Positions 47,458-57,744 of a stretch of DNA of 64,000 nt are shown one piece after another. Positions within the stretch are counted from its first letter, which is position 1; the number at the start of each line of letters is the position of its first letter. The notes below the pieces were generated by a model. The model did no database searches and was not told the DNA's origin. It worked only from the letters and a program-made list of their open reading frames with translations. Origin of the DNA: an uncultured Clostridia bacterium. Lineage in GTDB: Bacteria > Bacillota > Clostridia > Christensenellales > CAG-138. The stretch lies in contig CALDNN010000028.1 in NCBI GenBank assembly GCA_937915455.1, positions 2,212 through 66,211 of the forward strand, given 5' to 3'. Position numbers and translations under genes: made by a program.

Positions 47458-47691
47458 TCAATCGGGGATGAGGAATTCGGCGAGGATGGCATAATCCAGC
47501 GGGTCGCTCAGGCCCAGCTCCACGCCCTCGATCTTTTGATCCTGGAACATCTGGGTAAGGGCGATGTATTGGCAAAGGGCGGATTTGAGATTGAGGCGGT
47601 CGCCCTCGCTGGTGAGCAGCTCCACGCGGCCCTTGCACTCGCTTACCGCGGCGAAGAAGCGGGTGGGCTCGGCGATGTTCTTAATGCGCAT
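47458..47691 (-). CDS. Hypothetical 77-aa protein
   Basis: An intact ORF with coding-like composition, followed by the bidirectional hairpin at about 47411-47440. No family was recognised. It shows a faint HPr-like pattern (G.R.NLKS) without the active-site His. Confidence 0.4.
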   Translation of the reverse strand: MRIKNIAEPTRFFAAVSECKGRVELLTSEGDRLNLKSALCQYIALTQMFQDQKIEGVELGLSDPLDYAILAEFLIPD

Positions 47692-47792
47692 AAAACTGAC
47701 CTCCTATGCCATGCTAAAATCCAATCTCTTTTATTATGCGATACTTCGGCGGTTTTTGCAAGTAGGTTTCACAATTCTTTCAAATTGTTATG

Positions 47793-47847
47793 TTGATGCC
47801 GTCATGCTATTGGTGTATCATTAGCACTCGAAAGGGACGGGTGCTAG
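47793..47847 (+). promoter_or_regulatory. Sigma-A promoter overlapping a CIRCE (HrcA) operator upstream of clpB
   Basis: TTGATG-17-TATCAT (47793-47821) is followed immediately by TTAGCACTC-N9-GGGTGCTAG (47821-47847). Against the consensus TTAGCACTC-N9-GAGTGCTAA, the left arm matches 9/9 and the right arm 7/9. Confidence 0.7.
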
Positions 47848-48006
47848 TCCTGCGCGGATGGCGGCCCTGCGCGGGCGGCGAGAGCGAGACCCGGCCTTTC
47901 CGGTTTTCTTTGGGCGCAGGCCGTTTATTGTGTTGGCCGCAGCGCCAGTATAATAGCGAGCATATGCTTGTGAACAACCAAACATCACCTGCGAGGGGGT
48001 AGTTAT

Positions 48007-50595
48007 ATGAACATGAACAAATTCACCCAGCGTTCCCTGGAAGCTCTGCAAAGCGCCCAGGCGCTGGCCATCGAGCATAACCAGCAGCAGGTGGATCAGC
48101 AGCACCTGCTATCCGCCCTGCTGAACCAAGAGAATTCCCTCATCGCCCAGCTTTTGCGCCGCATGGGCGTGGACGCGGGCTTTGAAGCCGCGCTGCAAAA
48201 GGAGCTAGCCAAAATCCCTTCCGTTACGGGCGGCGGCAGGGAGGCGGATAAGGTCTATATCACGCCCCAGATGGATAAGGCGCTGACCGCAGCAGAAAAG
48301 CAGGCCGAGCGCATGAAGGATGATTATATCTCCGTGGAGCATCTGTTCCTCGGCCTACTCGACGCGCCGAATGAAGCCTTAAATGGTCTCTTCCGTCAAT
48401 TTTGCGTTGAGCGGGACGGGTTCCTCAAGGCGCTCAATGAGGTGCGCGGCGGCGCGCGGGTTACCACCGATACCCCTGAGGATACCTATGACGCATTGGG
48501 CAAGTATGCACAGGATTTAGTCGCCCTGGCCGAGCAGCAAAAGCTCGACCCGGTTATCGGCAGGGACGACGAGGTGCGCAATGTAATCCGCATCCTCTCG
48601 CGCAAAACCAAGAATAACCCCGTGCTCATCGGCGAGCCGGGCGTGGGCAAAACGGCCATTGCCGAAGGGCTGGCCCAGCGCATCGTGCGGGGGGATGTGC
48701 CCGCCGGCCTTAAGGAGCGGCGCCTCTTCTCCCTGGATATGGGCGCGCTAATCGCGGGCGCGAAATTCCGGGGCGAGTTTGAGGAACGGCTCAAGGCCGT
48801 GCTGGGCGAGGTCAAGCGCAGCGAGGGCCGCATTATCCTCTTCATTGACGAGCTGCACAACATTGTGGGTGCGGGCCGCACAGAGGGCAGCATGGATGCG
48901 GGCAACCTACTAAAGCCCATGCTGGCCCGGGGCGAGTTGCATTGCATCGGCGCCACTACGCTGGATGAATATCGCAAATATATCGAAAAGGATGCGGCCC
49001 TTTCCCGCAGGTTCCAGCCGGTGCTGGTGGAGGAGCCCACGGTAGAGGATACCATCTCCATCCTGCGCGGCCTCAAGGAGCGCTACGAGGTTTTCCACGG
49101 TGTGAAAATTCAGGATAACGCCCTAATCGCCGCCGCCTCCCTTTCGCATCGTTACATCAGCGATAGGTTTTTGCCGGACAAGGCCATCGACCTGGTGGAT
49201 GAGGCCTGTGCCCTAATTCGTACGGAGATGGATTCTATGCCCACGGAACTGGACGACATCGCCCGCCACATCATGCAGCTAGAGATCGAGGAGGCCGCCC
49301 TCACCAAGGAGAGCGACAAGCTGAGCGAAGGCCATCTGGCGGATATCCGCAAGGAGTTGGCCGAGGAACGCGAGAAATTCGCCTCCTTCAAGGCCCGCTG
49401 GGAAACCGAGAAGGATTCCATCAAAAAGGTACAGGCCCTGCGCGAGGAATCGGAAAAGATCAACGCCGAAATGGAGCAGGCTGAGCGCGGCTACGACCTC
49501 AACCGGGCTGCGGAGCTCAAATACGGCCGCCTGCCCAAGCTCAGAGAGGAGCTGGAGGCAGCCGAGGCGGAGCTCGAAAAGGACAAGGCCAACGGCCTCT
49601 TGCGGGACCGCGTGAGCGAGGAGGAGATCGCCCGCATTGTGGCCCGCTGGACGGGCATCCCGGTTTCCAAGCTGATGGAGGGCGAGCGCGAAAAGCTGCT
49701 GCACCTGGACGAGATCCTCCACAAGCGGGTGATCGGCCAGGATGAGGCCGTGCAGACCGTGTGCGACGCCATCTTGCGCACCCGCGCCGGCTTGAAGGAC
49801 CCCACCAAGCCTATCGGCAGCTTCCTGTTCCTGGGCCCCACCGGCGTGGGTAAAACGGAGCTGGCCAAGGCCCTGGCCGAAGCCCTCTTTGACGACGAGG
49901 GGAACATGGTACGCATCGATATGAGCGAATACATGGAAAAGCACGCCGTATCCCGCCTGATCGGCGCGCCGCCGGGCTATGTGGGCTATGACGAGGGCGG
50001 CCAGCTCACCGAGGCCGTGCGGCGGCACCCCTATTGCGTGGTGCTCTTTGACGAAGTGGAAAAGGCCCACCCGGATGTGTTCAACGTCTTACTCCAGGTC
50101 CTCGACGACGGCCGTATAACAGACGCGCAGGGCCGCACGGTGGATTTCAAGAACACCGTCATCGTGATGACCTCGAACCTCGGCTCGGCCTATATCCTGG
50201 ACGGCATCCAAAATGGCAGAATCAGCGACGAGGCCAGGGAGCGCGTGGAAAGCCTGCTTAAGCAGAGCTTCCGGCCCGAGTTCCTCAACCGCATCGACGA
50301 CATCGTTTTCTACAAGCCGCTTGCCCAGGATGAGATCTTCAAGATCACCGACCTGCTGCTCGAGCAGCTTCGCGGCCGCCTCCGCGAGCGCCGGTTGGAT
50401 GTGCGGCTGACGGACAAGGCCAAAGCCTACATCGCGGAAACCGGCTACGACCCGCAATATGGCGCGCGGCCCCTCAAGCGCCTGCTGCAAAGCAAGCTTG
50501 AAACCCTGCTGGCCCGCCACATCATCGCCGGCGACCCCGCGCCGGATACGGTGTTTACGGTGGATTACGACGGGGAGAAGCTAACGGTGGCATAA
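48007..50595 (+). CDS. clpB: ATP-dependent chaperone ClpB
   Basis: Two AAA+ modules ([10 protein letters not shown] and [12 protein letters not shown]), a long middle coiled coil and a Clp_N start. Confidence 0.95.
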   Translation: MNMNKFTQRSLEALQSAQALAIEHNQQQVDQQHLLSALLNQENSLIAQLLRRMGVDAGFEAALQKELAKIPSVTGGGREADKVYITPQMDKALTAAEKQAERMKDDYISVEHLFLGLLDAPNEALNGLFRQFCVERDGFLKALNEVRGGARVTTDTPEDTYDALGKYAQDLVALAEQQKLDPVIGRDDEVRNVIRILSRKTKNNPVLIGEPGVGKTAIAEGLAQRIVRGDVPAGLKERRLFSLDMGALIAGAKFRGEFEERLKAVLGEVKRSEGRIILFIDELHNIVGAGRTEGSMDAGNLLKPMLARGELHCIGATTLDEYRKYIEKDAALSRRFQPVLVEEPTVEDTISILRGLKERYEVFHGVKIQDNALIAAASLSHRYISDRFLPDKAIDLVDEACALIRTEMDSMPTELDDIARHIMQLEIEEAALTKESDKLSEGHLADIRKELAEEREKFASFKARWETEKDSIKKVQALREESEKINAEMEQAERGYDLNRAAELKYGRLPKLREELEAAEAELEKDKANGLLRDRVSEEEIARIVARWTGIPVSKLMEGEREKLLHLDEILHKRVIGQDEAVQTVCDAILRTRAGLKDPTKPIGSFLFLGPTGVGKTELAKALAEALFDDEGNMVRIDMSEYMEKHAVSRLIGAPPGYVGYDEGGQLTEAVRRHPYCVVLFDEVEKAHPDVFNVLLQVLDDGRITDAQGRTVDFKNTVIVMTSNLGSAYILDGIQNGRISDEARERVESLLKQSFRPEFLNRIDDIVFYKPLAQDEIFKITDLLLEQLRGRLRERRLDVRLTDKAKAYIAETGYDPQYGARPLKRLLQSKLETLLARHIIAGDPAPDTVFTVDYDGEKLTVA

Positions 50596-50669
50596 GGCTT
50601 TTTCCGCGGCCGTTTCGCAATTCGCCATACAGGGGCCGCAGCCCTCGGCGGCCCCTGCGATTATCGACG

Positions 50670-50702
50670 GGCCCGGCGCATGAATGGATACGCCGGGCCT
50701 TT
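50670..50702 (+). terminator. clpB terminator, the second of two GC hairpins
   Basis: GGCCCGGCG-(12 nt)-CGCCGGGCC, then TTT. An earlier 10-bp hairpin at 50630-50657 lacks a T-run. Confidence 0.6.
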
Positions 50703-50766
50703 CCAAAACGGATGCAATTCCCCCACAAAAAAGGTACAATAGTAAAAACGCCAAAGGAGCAAGCCT

Positions 50767-51384
50767 ATGGAGCAGCGGATATGCCACATCGCGGGGGCGG
50801 GGCCTTTCATAAACCGCGGGCCGCAAGTTACGCCCGGTGATCTGGTAATCGCTGCAGATGGCGGCTATGCGCACCTACTGCGCTGGGGCCTAAGCGCGGA
50901 TGTAGTGGTGGGCGATTTTGACTCCATGGAACAGCCGGCGCACCCTGCCATTGTGCGCCTACCCCGCGAAAAGGACGAAACGGACATGGCGGCGGCTGTG
51001 CGCCTGGGCCGGGAAAAGGGATACGGCCTATTCCACCTTTACGGCGGCCTGGGCGGCATGTTGGATCATACCCTGGCCAACCTGCAATTGCTCGTGGGAA
51101 TGGCCATGGCCGGGGAGCGCGGCTATTTATGGGACGATCAGGTCGTTGTGACTGCCTTTAAAAACGACTGCTTCGAGCTTCCGGCGGGAACAAAGGGCCG
51201 GGTATCCGTATTTGCCGCCGGTGGCGAAGCCCGGGGCGTGTTCCTGCGGGGGCTGAAATATCCCCTGGCGGACGCCGTCCTTTCCCCCGGCTTCCCGCTG
51301 GGGGTGAGCAATGAGGCCGATGGGCGAAAGGCCGGCATAGAGGTGCGCGCGGGCACGCTGCTGGTCGTATATCCGCGGCCGTAA
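50767..51384 (+). CDS. thiN: Thiamine diphosphokinase
   Basis: VIAADGGY, VVGDFDS and EKDETDM are TPK catalytic-domain motifs. The SD is AAAGGAG. Confidence 0.8.
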   Translation: MEQRICHIAGAGPFINRGPQVTPGDLVIAADGGYAHLLRWGLSADVVVGDFDSMEQPAHPAIVRLPREKDETDMAAAVRLGREKGYGLFHLYGGLGGMLDHTLANLQLLVGMAMAGERGYLWDDQVVVTAFKNDCFELPAGTKGRVSVFAAGGEARGVFLRGLKYPLADAVLSPGFPLGVSNEADGRKAGIEVRAGTLLVVYPRP

Positions 51385-51497
51385 ACAAGCTATATTTCCT
51401 ATAGGCGCTCTCTGCAAGGGGGCGCTTTTGATTGCACGCATATATTACGGGCCGCATAATCTGTACCAACGATAATAGGAATGCGAGGTCTGCTGGC

Positions 51498-51734
51498 GTG
51501 AAACAGGGGTTGCATGAGATCGAGGCGGGGCAGGGTGGAGTGATCGCGCATCTGGCGGGGCAGGACGATATGACGCGCCGCCTGGCTGACCTGGGTTTTA
51601 CGGAGGGCACCGGGGTGGATTGCCTTTATAAAAGCCCGGCCGGAGATCCGGCAGCCTACCGCGTGCGCGGCACGGTGATCGCCCTTAGGCGGGAGGATGC
51701 GGCCCGGGTCGAGGTGCGGCTATGCGGGAGATGA
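51498..51734 (+). CDS. feoA: Ferrous iron transport protein A
   Basis: An SH3-like FeoA pattern: L.E...G..G.I..L.G.D...RRLADLGF.EG. The GTG at 51498 has a GAGGT SD 8 nt upstream, and the gene overlaps feoB. Confidence 0.75.
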   Translation: MKQGLHEIEAGQGGVIAHLAGQDDMTRRLADLGFTEGTGVDCLYKSPAGDPAAYRVRGTVIALRREDAARVEVRLCGR

Positions 51735-53635
51735 GCATGGGAAATCTGGCCCCTGCCCAAGCGCCGCAACGGAGCCGGGGCGCGGCGGCGCGGCCCACCA
51801 TCGCCCTGCTGGGCAACCCGAACGTCGGCAAATCCACGGTATTCAACCGCCTTACCGGATTAAATCAGCATACGGGGAATTGGCCCGGCAAGACCGTGGA
51901 GCTGGCAGAGGGCCGCTGCCGCCGCCCGGGCCTGGATTGGCGTATGGTGGATCTGCCCGGCACCTATTCCCTGCTGGCCCATTCCAAAGAAGAGGAGGTA
52001 GCCCGGGATTACATCCTTGCGGGCCGGGCGGATGCCTATATCGTGGTCTGCGACGCCACGTGCCTCGAGCGCAACCTCAACCTGGTGCTGCAAATTTTGC
52101 AGCTCACAAAGCGGGTCGTCCTCTGTGTGAACCTGATGGACGAGGCCGAGAAGAAGCATATCCGCGTGGATACGGCGGCTCTGGAAAAGGAGCTGGGCGT
52201 GCCGGTAGTGGGGACGGCGGCCCGCAGCGGTACGGGGATAGACGCGCTGCTCTCGGCTGCGGAGCGGGCCATGGCAGGCGCGGCGCGTCCCCTGCGCCTG
52301 CAGGCCGAGGCGGGGGAGGGTGAAGGCGCAAAGGTGTGCCGCATCTATGCCGAGGCCGCGCGTATCGCGGCCCTCTGCGTGCGCGCGGAGGATGAGAAGG
52401 CGACCCAAAGGCAGCTCAAGCTCGACCGCCTGCTCACAGGCCGTAGGGCCGGCCTGGCCATTATGCTGGCCCTGCTTGCAGCCATCCTCTGGCTCACCAT
52501 CACCGGCGCGAATTACCCTTCCGCCCTGCTGATGGAGGGCCTATTTGCCCTTGGGGACGCATTAGGCGGCCTGCTCCTTCATTTGGGCGCGCCGCCCTGG
52601 CTCTACGAGGCGCTGATTCAGGGCGTTTACCGCACTCTGGCCTGGGTCGTCTCGGTGATGCTGCCGCCCATGGCCATCTTCTTCCCACTTTTCACCTTAT
52701 TGGAGGATGTGGGCTATCTCCCCCGCGTGGCCTTTAATCTCGATCACTGCTTCAAACGCTGCAAAGCTTGCGGCAAACAATCGCTGACTATGTGCATGGG
52801 ATTTGGCTGTAACGCGGCCGGGGTCACGGGCTGCCGCATCATCGACAGCCCGCGCGAGCGGCTCATCGCCATCCTTACAAATAGCTTTGTACCCTGCAAT
52901 GGGCGCTTCCCAACCATGATCAGCGTGATCGCCATGTTCTTTGTGGGCGGCGTTGGGGGCTGGTTAGGATCGGCGCTGGGGGCGGCGTTGCTCACGGGAG
53001 TGGTGGTGCTGGGAGTGGGCTGTACCTTTGGCGTTTCCTGGCTGCTGTCTAAAACGGTTCTGCGGGGCGTGCCGTCTTCCTTTACGCTGGAAATGCCGCC
53101 CTGCCGCAAACCGCAGGTGGGCAAGGTAATCCTGCGCTCGATGCTGGACCGCACCATCTTCGTGCTGGGCAGGGCCGCCGCCGTGGCCGCCCCCGCTGGC
53201 CTGCTCATCTGGGCCATGGCCAATGTATCCATTGACGGCGGAACGCTGCTTTTCCATTGCGCCGCTTTTTTGGAGCCGCTGGGCCGCCTTATGGGCCTGG
53301 ATGGGGTAATCCTGCTGGCCTTTATTTTAGGCCTGCCCGCCAATGAGATCGTGGTGCCCATCATCATCATGGCCTATCTGCAAAGCGGCTCCCTGCATGA
53401 GCTGGAAAGCCTGGGCGCTTTGCGTGCGCTGCTGATCGGCCATGGATGGACGCCGCTCACAGCCCTTTGTACGCTGCTGTTTTCCCTGCTGCATTGGCCC
53501 TGCGCCACTACCCTTTTGACCATACGCAAAGAAACGGGCAGCTGGAAATGGACGGCGCTGGCCTTTGCCCTGCCTACGGCCCTGGGTATGGCGCTGTGCA
53601 TGTTGGCCACGGCCTTTTGGGGGCTGCTGGTTTAG
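51722..53635 (+). CDS. feoB: Ferrous iron transporter FeoB
   Basis: The G-domain is IALLGNPNVGKSTVFNRLTG, with DLPGTYSL, followed by a polytopic membrane domain. An alternative start at 51731 would give an ATGA overlap with feoA. Confidence 0.9.
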   Translation: MREMSMGNLAPAQAPQRSRGAAARPTIALLGNPNVGKSTVFNRLTGLNQHTGNWPGKTVELAEGRCRRPGLDWRMVDLPGTYSLLAHSKEEEVARDYILAGRADAYIVVCDATCLERNLNLVLQILQLTKRVVLCVNLMDEAEKKHIRVDTAALEKELGVPVVGTAARSGTGIDALLSAAERAMAGAARPLRLQAEAGEGEGAKVCRIYAEAARIAALCVRAEDEKATQRQLKLDRLLTGRRAGLAIMLALLAAILWLTITGANYPSALLMEGLFALGDALGGLLLHLGAPPWLYEALIQGVYRTLAWVVSVMLPPMAIFFPLFTLLEDVGYLPRVAFNLDHCFKRCKACGKQSLTMCMGFGCNAAGVTGCRIIDSPRERLIAILTNSFVPCNGRFPTMISVIAMFFVGGVGGWLGSALGAALLTGVVVLGVGCTFGVSWLLSKTVLRGVPSSFTLEMPPCRKPQVGKVILRSMLDRTIFVLGRAAAVAAPAGLLIWAMANVSIDGGTLLFHCAAFLEPLGRLMGLDGVILLAFILGLPANEIVVPIIIMAYLQSGSLHELESLGALRALLIGHGWTPLTALCTLLFSLLHWPCATTLLTIRKETGSWKWTALAFALPTALGMALCMLATAFWGLLV

Positions 53636-53779
53636 ACGAATAGCGGCAGGGACCACTTTCTTTCGATTGATTTTTCAGTCAGTTCGCAGATCCATATACA
53701 AAACATGTTATACTATGGCATAATAACATAATAAATGTTTTATCCAAGCAAAGCAAATCGAATTGCGGAAGGGAGCTAT

Positions 53780-54763
53780 ATGGAGTATAACTGGCAAGGG
53801 AGGCCGCCCGAGGCGCGGCAGCCCAGAGACTGGAAGCGGATCGGCCGCTGGGCTGTCCTGGCCCTTGTTGCGGTGGCTGTGCTGGGCATCGGCACGACCT
53901 GCTGGTATACGGTGGATGAAAAGCAGCAGGCTGTGGTAACCACCTTCGGAAGGGTTACGGGGGTGAGCGACGCGGGCATCCATTTCATGCTGCCCCTGGG
54001 CATCCAGCAGGCGCATAAGGTGGATGTGAACGTATACCAAAAGATAGAGCTGGGCTACCGCACCGATACCGCCCGCGAAGAGGGCTACGCGGTGGTGGAA
54101 GAAGAGAGCAAGATGATCACCGGGGATTATAATATCGTCAACGTGGAATTCTTTGTGGAATATAAGGTATCCGACCCGGTGCGCTATCTTTATGGTTCCT
54201 ATGAGCCGGAAACCATCCTGCGCAACCTCGTGCAGAGCCAGGTACGCAATGTGGTGGGCTCCACCCCTGTAGACGCCGTGCTTACAGACGGCAAGGAAGC
54301 CATCCAGATGGAAGTGAAGGGGCTGATCGCCGAGGTACTGACGGAATACGACGTGGGCCTGATGCTCACGGATGTCAAGATTCAGGATAGCGACCCGCCC
54401 ACCGAGGATGTGACCTATGCCTTCAAGGCCGTGGAAACGGCCAAACAGGGCGCGGAGACCGTGATCAACGAGGCCCGGGCCTATCAGAACGCGCAGCTGC
54501 CCGCAGCAGAGGCCCAGGCGGACAAGCTGATCCGCAACGCAGAATACCTCAAGCAGAAGCGCATCAACGAGGCCAACGAGCAGGTAGCCATGTTTAACGC
54601 CATGTATCAGGAATATGCCGATAAGCCCGCCATTACCCGCTCGCGCATGTATTACGAGGCCATCCAGAAGGTGCTGCCCGGCGCGAAGGTTTACATCGAT
54701 ATGTCCGAGGGCGGGGTGCAGACCCTGCTGCCTCTTGAATCCTTTGCGGGAGGTGCGGAATAA
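53780..54763 (+). CDS. hflK: FtsH protease modulator HflK (SPFH/band-7)
   Basis: An N-terminal TM segment. The SPFH core is GIHFMLPLGIQ..TGDYNIVNVEF. A coiled-coil C-terminus follows. Confidence 0.85.
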   Translation: MEYNWQGRPPEARQPRDWKRIGRWAVLALVAVAVLGIGTTCWYTVDEKQQAVVTTFGRVTGVSDAGIHFMLPLGIQQAHKVDVNVYQKIELGYRTDTAREEGYAVVEEESKMITGDYNIVNVEFFVEYKVSDPVRYLYGSYEPETILRNLVQSQVRNVVGSTPVDAVLTDGKEAIQMEVKGLIAEVLTEYDVGLMLTDVKIQDSDPPTEDVTYAFKAVETAKQGAETVINEARAYQNAQLPAAEAQADKLIRNAEYLKQKRINEANEQVAMFNAMYQEYADKPAITRSRMYYEAIQKVLPGAKVYIDMSEGGVQTLLPLESFAGGAE

Positions 54764-55644
54764 TGAAAAAGCTCACAGGCAAGCTCGTTGGCGCGATGCT
54801 GCTGATCGCGGCGATCGTTACCCTCTTTTCCAGCGCCTATACCGTGGGCGAGAACGAATATGCCTGCGTGGTGCGCTTTGAGAAAATCATGTCCACCACG
54901 GAGCAGGCTGGCCTGCACTTTAAGGTCCCCTTCCTCGAAGGGGTCAAAAAATTCCCCAAGGCCGTGATGTTCTATGATATCCCCCCCTCCGAGGTGCTCA
55001 CCAGCGACAAGCAGAACATGACGGTGGACAGCTATGTGCTTTGGCAGATCGAAAACCCGCGCCTGTTCTACCAGGCTCTGGGCAACACGGCCGTAGCAGA
55101 GCAGCGGCTGGACGCCCTCACCTACAACGCCCTCAAAAACATCATGGGTACCCTGGCGCAGAAGGATATCATCAATGAGAACACCGGCTCCGAGCGCAAC
55201 GATATCTACGAGGGTATCGCCTCCAATGTATCCACCATTGCCAAGAACTACGGCATACGGGTTGTGGATGTGAAGATCAAGCGCTTTGACCTGCCCGAGG
55301 CCAATGAGCAGGCCGTCTACGGCCGCATGATCTCGGAACGCAACCAGATCGCGGAAAAATACACGGCGGATGGTCAATACGAGGCTTCCATCATCCGCAA
55401 CGATGTGGATAAGCAGGTGAACATCCTCGTCTCCAACGCCCAGGCCGAGGCGGCCAAGCTGGAGGCCGAGGGCGAGCAGGAATACATGCGCATCCTGGCC
55501 GAGGCCTACGATACGGCCGATAAGCAGGCCTTCTATGAGTTCACCCTCTCCCTCGAGGCCCTCGAAGCCTCCCTCACCAGCGGCGAGAAGACCATCATCC
55601 TGGGCCGAGACTCCGCGCTGGCCAAGGTGCTGCTGAATCCGTGA
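54763..55644 (+). CDS. hflC: FtsH protease modulator HflC (SPFH/band-7)
   Basis: A TAATG 1-nt overlap with hflK. The SPFH core is GLHFKVPFLEGV..TSDKQNMTVDSYVLWQI. Confidence 0.85.
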   Translation: MKKLTGKLVGAMLLIAAIVTLFSSAYTVGENEYACVVRFEKIMSTTEQAGLHFKVPFLEGVKKFPKAVMFYDIPPSEVLTSDKQNMTVDSYVLWQIENPRLFYQALGNTAVAEQRLDALTYNALKNIMGTLAQKDIINENTGSERNDIYEGIASNVSTIAKNYGIRVVDVKIKRFDLPEANEQAVYGRMISERNQIAEKYTADGQYEASIIRNDVDKQVNILVSNAQAEAAKLEAEGEQEYMRILAEAYDTADKQAFYEFTLSLEALEASLTSGEKTIILGRDSALAKVLLNP

Positions 55645-55782
55645 GCTTTGTGGGGGCGCGGGGCGCAAACACGATCTTAAAAGAGTAACCAGGATAGGTT
55701 TATAAACTTATAGGCACAAGCAACGGCCCGGTGCATCTATTTCGCACCGGGCCGCTGCCTATAACTCTAAAAGCAGTTCTGC

Positions 55783-56661
55783 TTACGCGTTGATAGACTC
55801 CCTTATATGCGCCAAAATCGCCCCTGCCGCGTCCACGCCGGTGGTGGTGGTGAGGCCGAGGAAATGGGCGTTGGAGTTCACCTCGCAAAGCAGGGGGCCG
55901 GTTGGGCCGGCGAGCAGGTCTATGCCGGCGAAATCCAGTTCCAGCGCCCGGGCTGCGGCCAGGGCCAGGGCTTCTTCCTCTGGGGAGGGCGTGTAAGCTT
56001 CCGCCGTGGCGCCGGCGCTGACGTTGGCGCGGAAATCCCGGGGGTTTTGCCGCCGGATGGCAGCAATGGCCCGGCCGCCGACCACATAGATGCGTATATC
56101 CTCGCCCACGTGGCCGCCTATGTATTCCTGTAGGATCATGAGCGCGGGTGCATGCTCGCGCAGGATAGTCGCGGCCTCGTCGTAAGTATTGGCCAGGTAT
56201 ACCTGCCAGCCAAAGGAGCCGTGGCGCTCCTTGATCACCAGGGGGAAGCCCAGGTATTCCGCTGCCTGATCCAGAAAATCGAGATTCGTGTAACCCAGGC
56301 CGGCATAGGTGAGGGGCGCGGCGATGGTTTTGGGCTGGGGCAGGCCGTGGGCGGCCAGGCAGAAATGGGTGAGGGCCTTGTCATCCGCCGTTTCAATGGT
56401 GGCGATGGGGTTGAACAGCCGCAGGCCCGTTGCTTCCAACTGCCTGCCCAGCAGGATATCCTTATCCCAGAAAAGGCAGAAATCATACGCCCGCGGGGAA
56501 AAGAGCGGCTTATGCCGTGTCATATCAAAAAGCAGCTGCGCGTTGGTGGCAAAATCCAGCCCCACGCCCAGCCTTTGGGCAGCGGCCAACAAAGCCTTGC
56601 GCATCCGCACAAAGTTCTCCGTTTGGCCGAATTCATTCATTACCAGCAATCCGTGTGGCAT
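55783..56661 (-). CDS. RimK-family ATP-grasp ligase
   Basis: The ATP-grasp layout is DK....L...G.P.PKT, PLVIKERHGSFGWQVYL, LQEYI, and GIDLL...GP.LCEVNSN. Confidence 0.75.
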   Translation of the reverse strand: MPHGLLVMNEFGQTENFVRMRKALLAAAQRLGVGLDFATNAQLLFDMTRHKPLFSPRAYDFCLFWDKDILLGRQLEATGLRLFNPIATIETADDKALTHFCLAAHGLPQPKTIAAPLTYAGLGYTNLDFLDQAAEYLGFPLVIKERHGSFGWQVYLANTYDEAATILREHAPALMILQEYIGGHVGEDIRIYVVGGRAIAAIRRQNPRDFRANVSAGATAEAYTPSPEEEALALAAARALELDFAGIDLLAGPTGPLLCEVNSNAHFLGLTTTTGVDAAGAILAHIRESINA

Positions 56662-56674
56662 GTCGTATCCTTAT

Positions 56675-56697
56675 ATAATAGAAAACATAATAGAAAA
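56675..56697. repeat. Tandem 11-mer ATAATAGAAAA x2 (period 12) between the SBP-like gene and rimK-like gene
   Basis: Read directly at 56675-85 and 56687-97, 14 nt upstream of the rimK-like ATG on the minus strand. Confidence 0.6.
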
Positions 56698-56717
56698 TAG
56701 CGACCATCATCGCAGCC

Positions 56718-57632
56718 TTATCCATCCGCTTGTGCGGGCAGGCGGCCCGGGTCGAGGCCGTTGGTGCGGTAAAGGGAGAGGAGCTCGCCGCTCTCTGTCA
56801 GCTCGCTAAGGAGCAGGGAGCCGATGTGGGCCAGGGCCGCGGAATCCGAGGCGGCGCAAATGGCGTAATCCACCGTACCAAAGGAAAAGGCTGTGGCTGT
56901 GATGGGATAAGCTTCTTTATAACGCTTGGCGTAAAGCTCGGTGAGCAGCACGGCCCGCACCTCGCCATTGGCCAGCGCGTCAAGCATATCCGGATAGGAG
57001 GCGTAGGTTTTTGCCTTGAGGCCCAGGTTGGGGTGGGCAACGCTATAGGCGTTGAACAGCGCAGCCTCCGGGCTTTCTCGTATCTTGTTGGATTGGACGA
57101 CGCCCACCTCCATGTTTTCCAGCGCGAAGCTGGGGGTGCCGGCGAGGGCCACCAGCAGGCAGGGGTCGCTGTAATAAGGGATGGAATAGCTGTATTTGGT
57201 TGCCATGGGGGAGGCGGCCAGGGCGATGGCCACGTCGATGCCGCCGTCGTCGAGCTTAGGGCCCAGGGTCATGGCGTTCACTTCGATCATTTGCAGGCTG
57301 GCGGTTGGGTCGGCATCGGGCAGGAGCCGCGTGGTCAAAAGGCGCGCCAGGTCGTGCTCCAGCCCGCCTTCCTCCGTGCAGAGGCCCGGCACGTCATAGC
57401 GTACGCCTACCCGCAGCACGCCCCGATCCTGCAAGGAAAGCATCTCCGCGCTGGCCATCAGCTGCGGCTCCTCGCGGCTCGCTAGCGCCACGATGATCAC
57501 CAGTACCAGGGCCGCTAGGATATAGAGCGCCATGCGGTAGGGCTTGCCCTCATCCCCCGTGAGGGTGATGGGATTGCGGCGTAGGTTGAAATGCAGGCGG
57601 CGCATCCGTTTTCGCCAATTGATTTTTTTCAT
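56718..57632 (-). CDS. Membrane-anchored type-3 solute-binding-protein-like protein (amino-acid SBP fold)
   Basis: A basic N-terminus plus the TM segment MALYILAALVLVIIVALA. The body has SBP_bac_3-like strings (LRVGVRYDVPG, GIDVAIA). Confidence 0.55.
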   Translation of the reverse strand: MKKINWRKRMRRLHFNLRRNPITLTGDEGKPYRMALYILAALVLVIIVALASREEPQLMASAEMLSLQDRGVLRVGVRYDVPGLCTEEGGLEHDLARLLTTRLLPDADPTASLQMIEVNAMTLGPKLDDGGIDVAIALAASPMATKYSYSIPYYSDPCLLVALAGTPSFALENMEVGVVQSNKIRESPEAALFNAYSVAHPNLGLKAKTYASYPDMLDALANGEVRAVLLTELYAKRYKEAYPITATAFSFGTVDYAICAASDSAALAHIGSLLLSELTESGELLSLYRTNGLDPGRLPAQADG

Positions 57633-57660
57633 ACTTTGATTATAGCCAGAGTGGCCCGCA

Positions 57661-57690
57661 TTGACAAGTGAACAAACATCACGGTATAAT
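57661..57690 (+). promoter_or_regulatory. Consensus sigma-A promoter of the AlaRS-like gene
   Basis: TTGACA (57661-66), an 18-nt spacer, then TATAAT (57685-90). The leader is only about 50 nt. Confidence 0.65.
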
Positions 57691-57744
57691 TTAGCAATGT
57701 AAAAGCGAGAATTTTGCGCAAATGTTAACAGAGAGGTACGATAT

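Noticed and set aside
51385-51497. A Fur box upstream of feoA
   Set aside because: Only a partial GATAAT-like half-site (cGATAATAGGAAT) is present. There is no convincing 19-bp palindrome.
57633-57744. A T-box riboswitch upstream of the AlaRS-like gene
   Set aside because: Only about 50 nt separate the -10 element from the ATG. That is far too short for a T-box leader, and no T-box sequence or terminator/antiterminator pair is visible.
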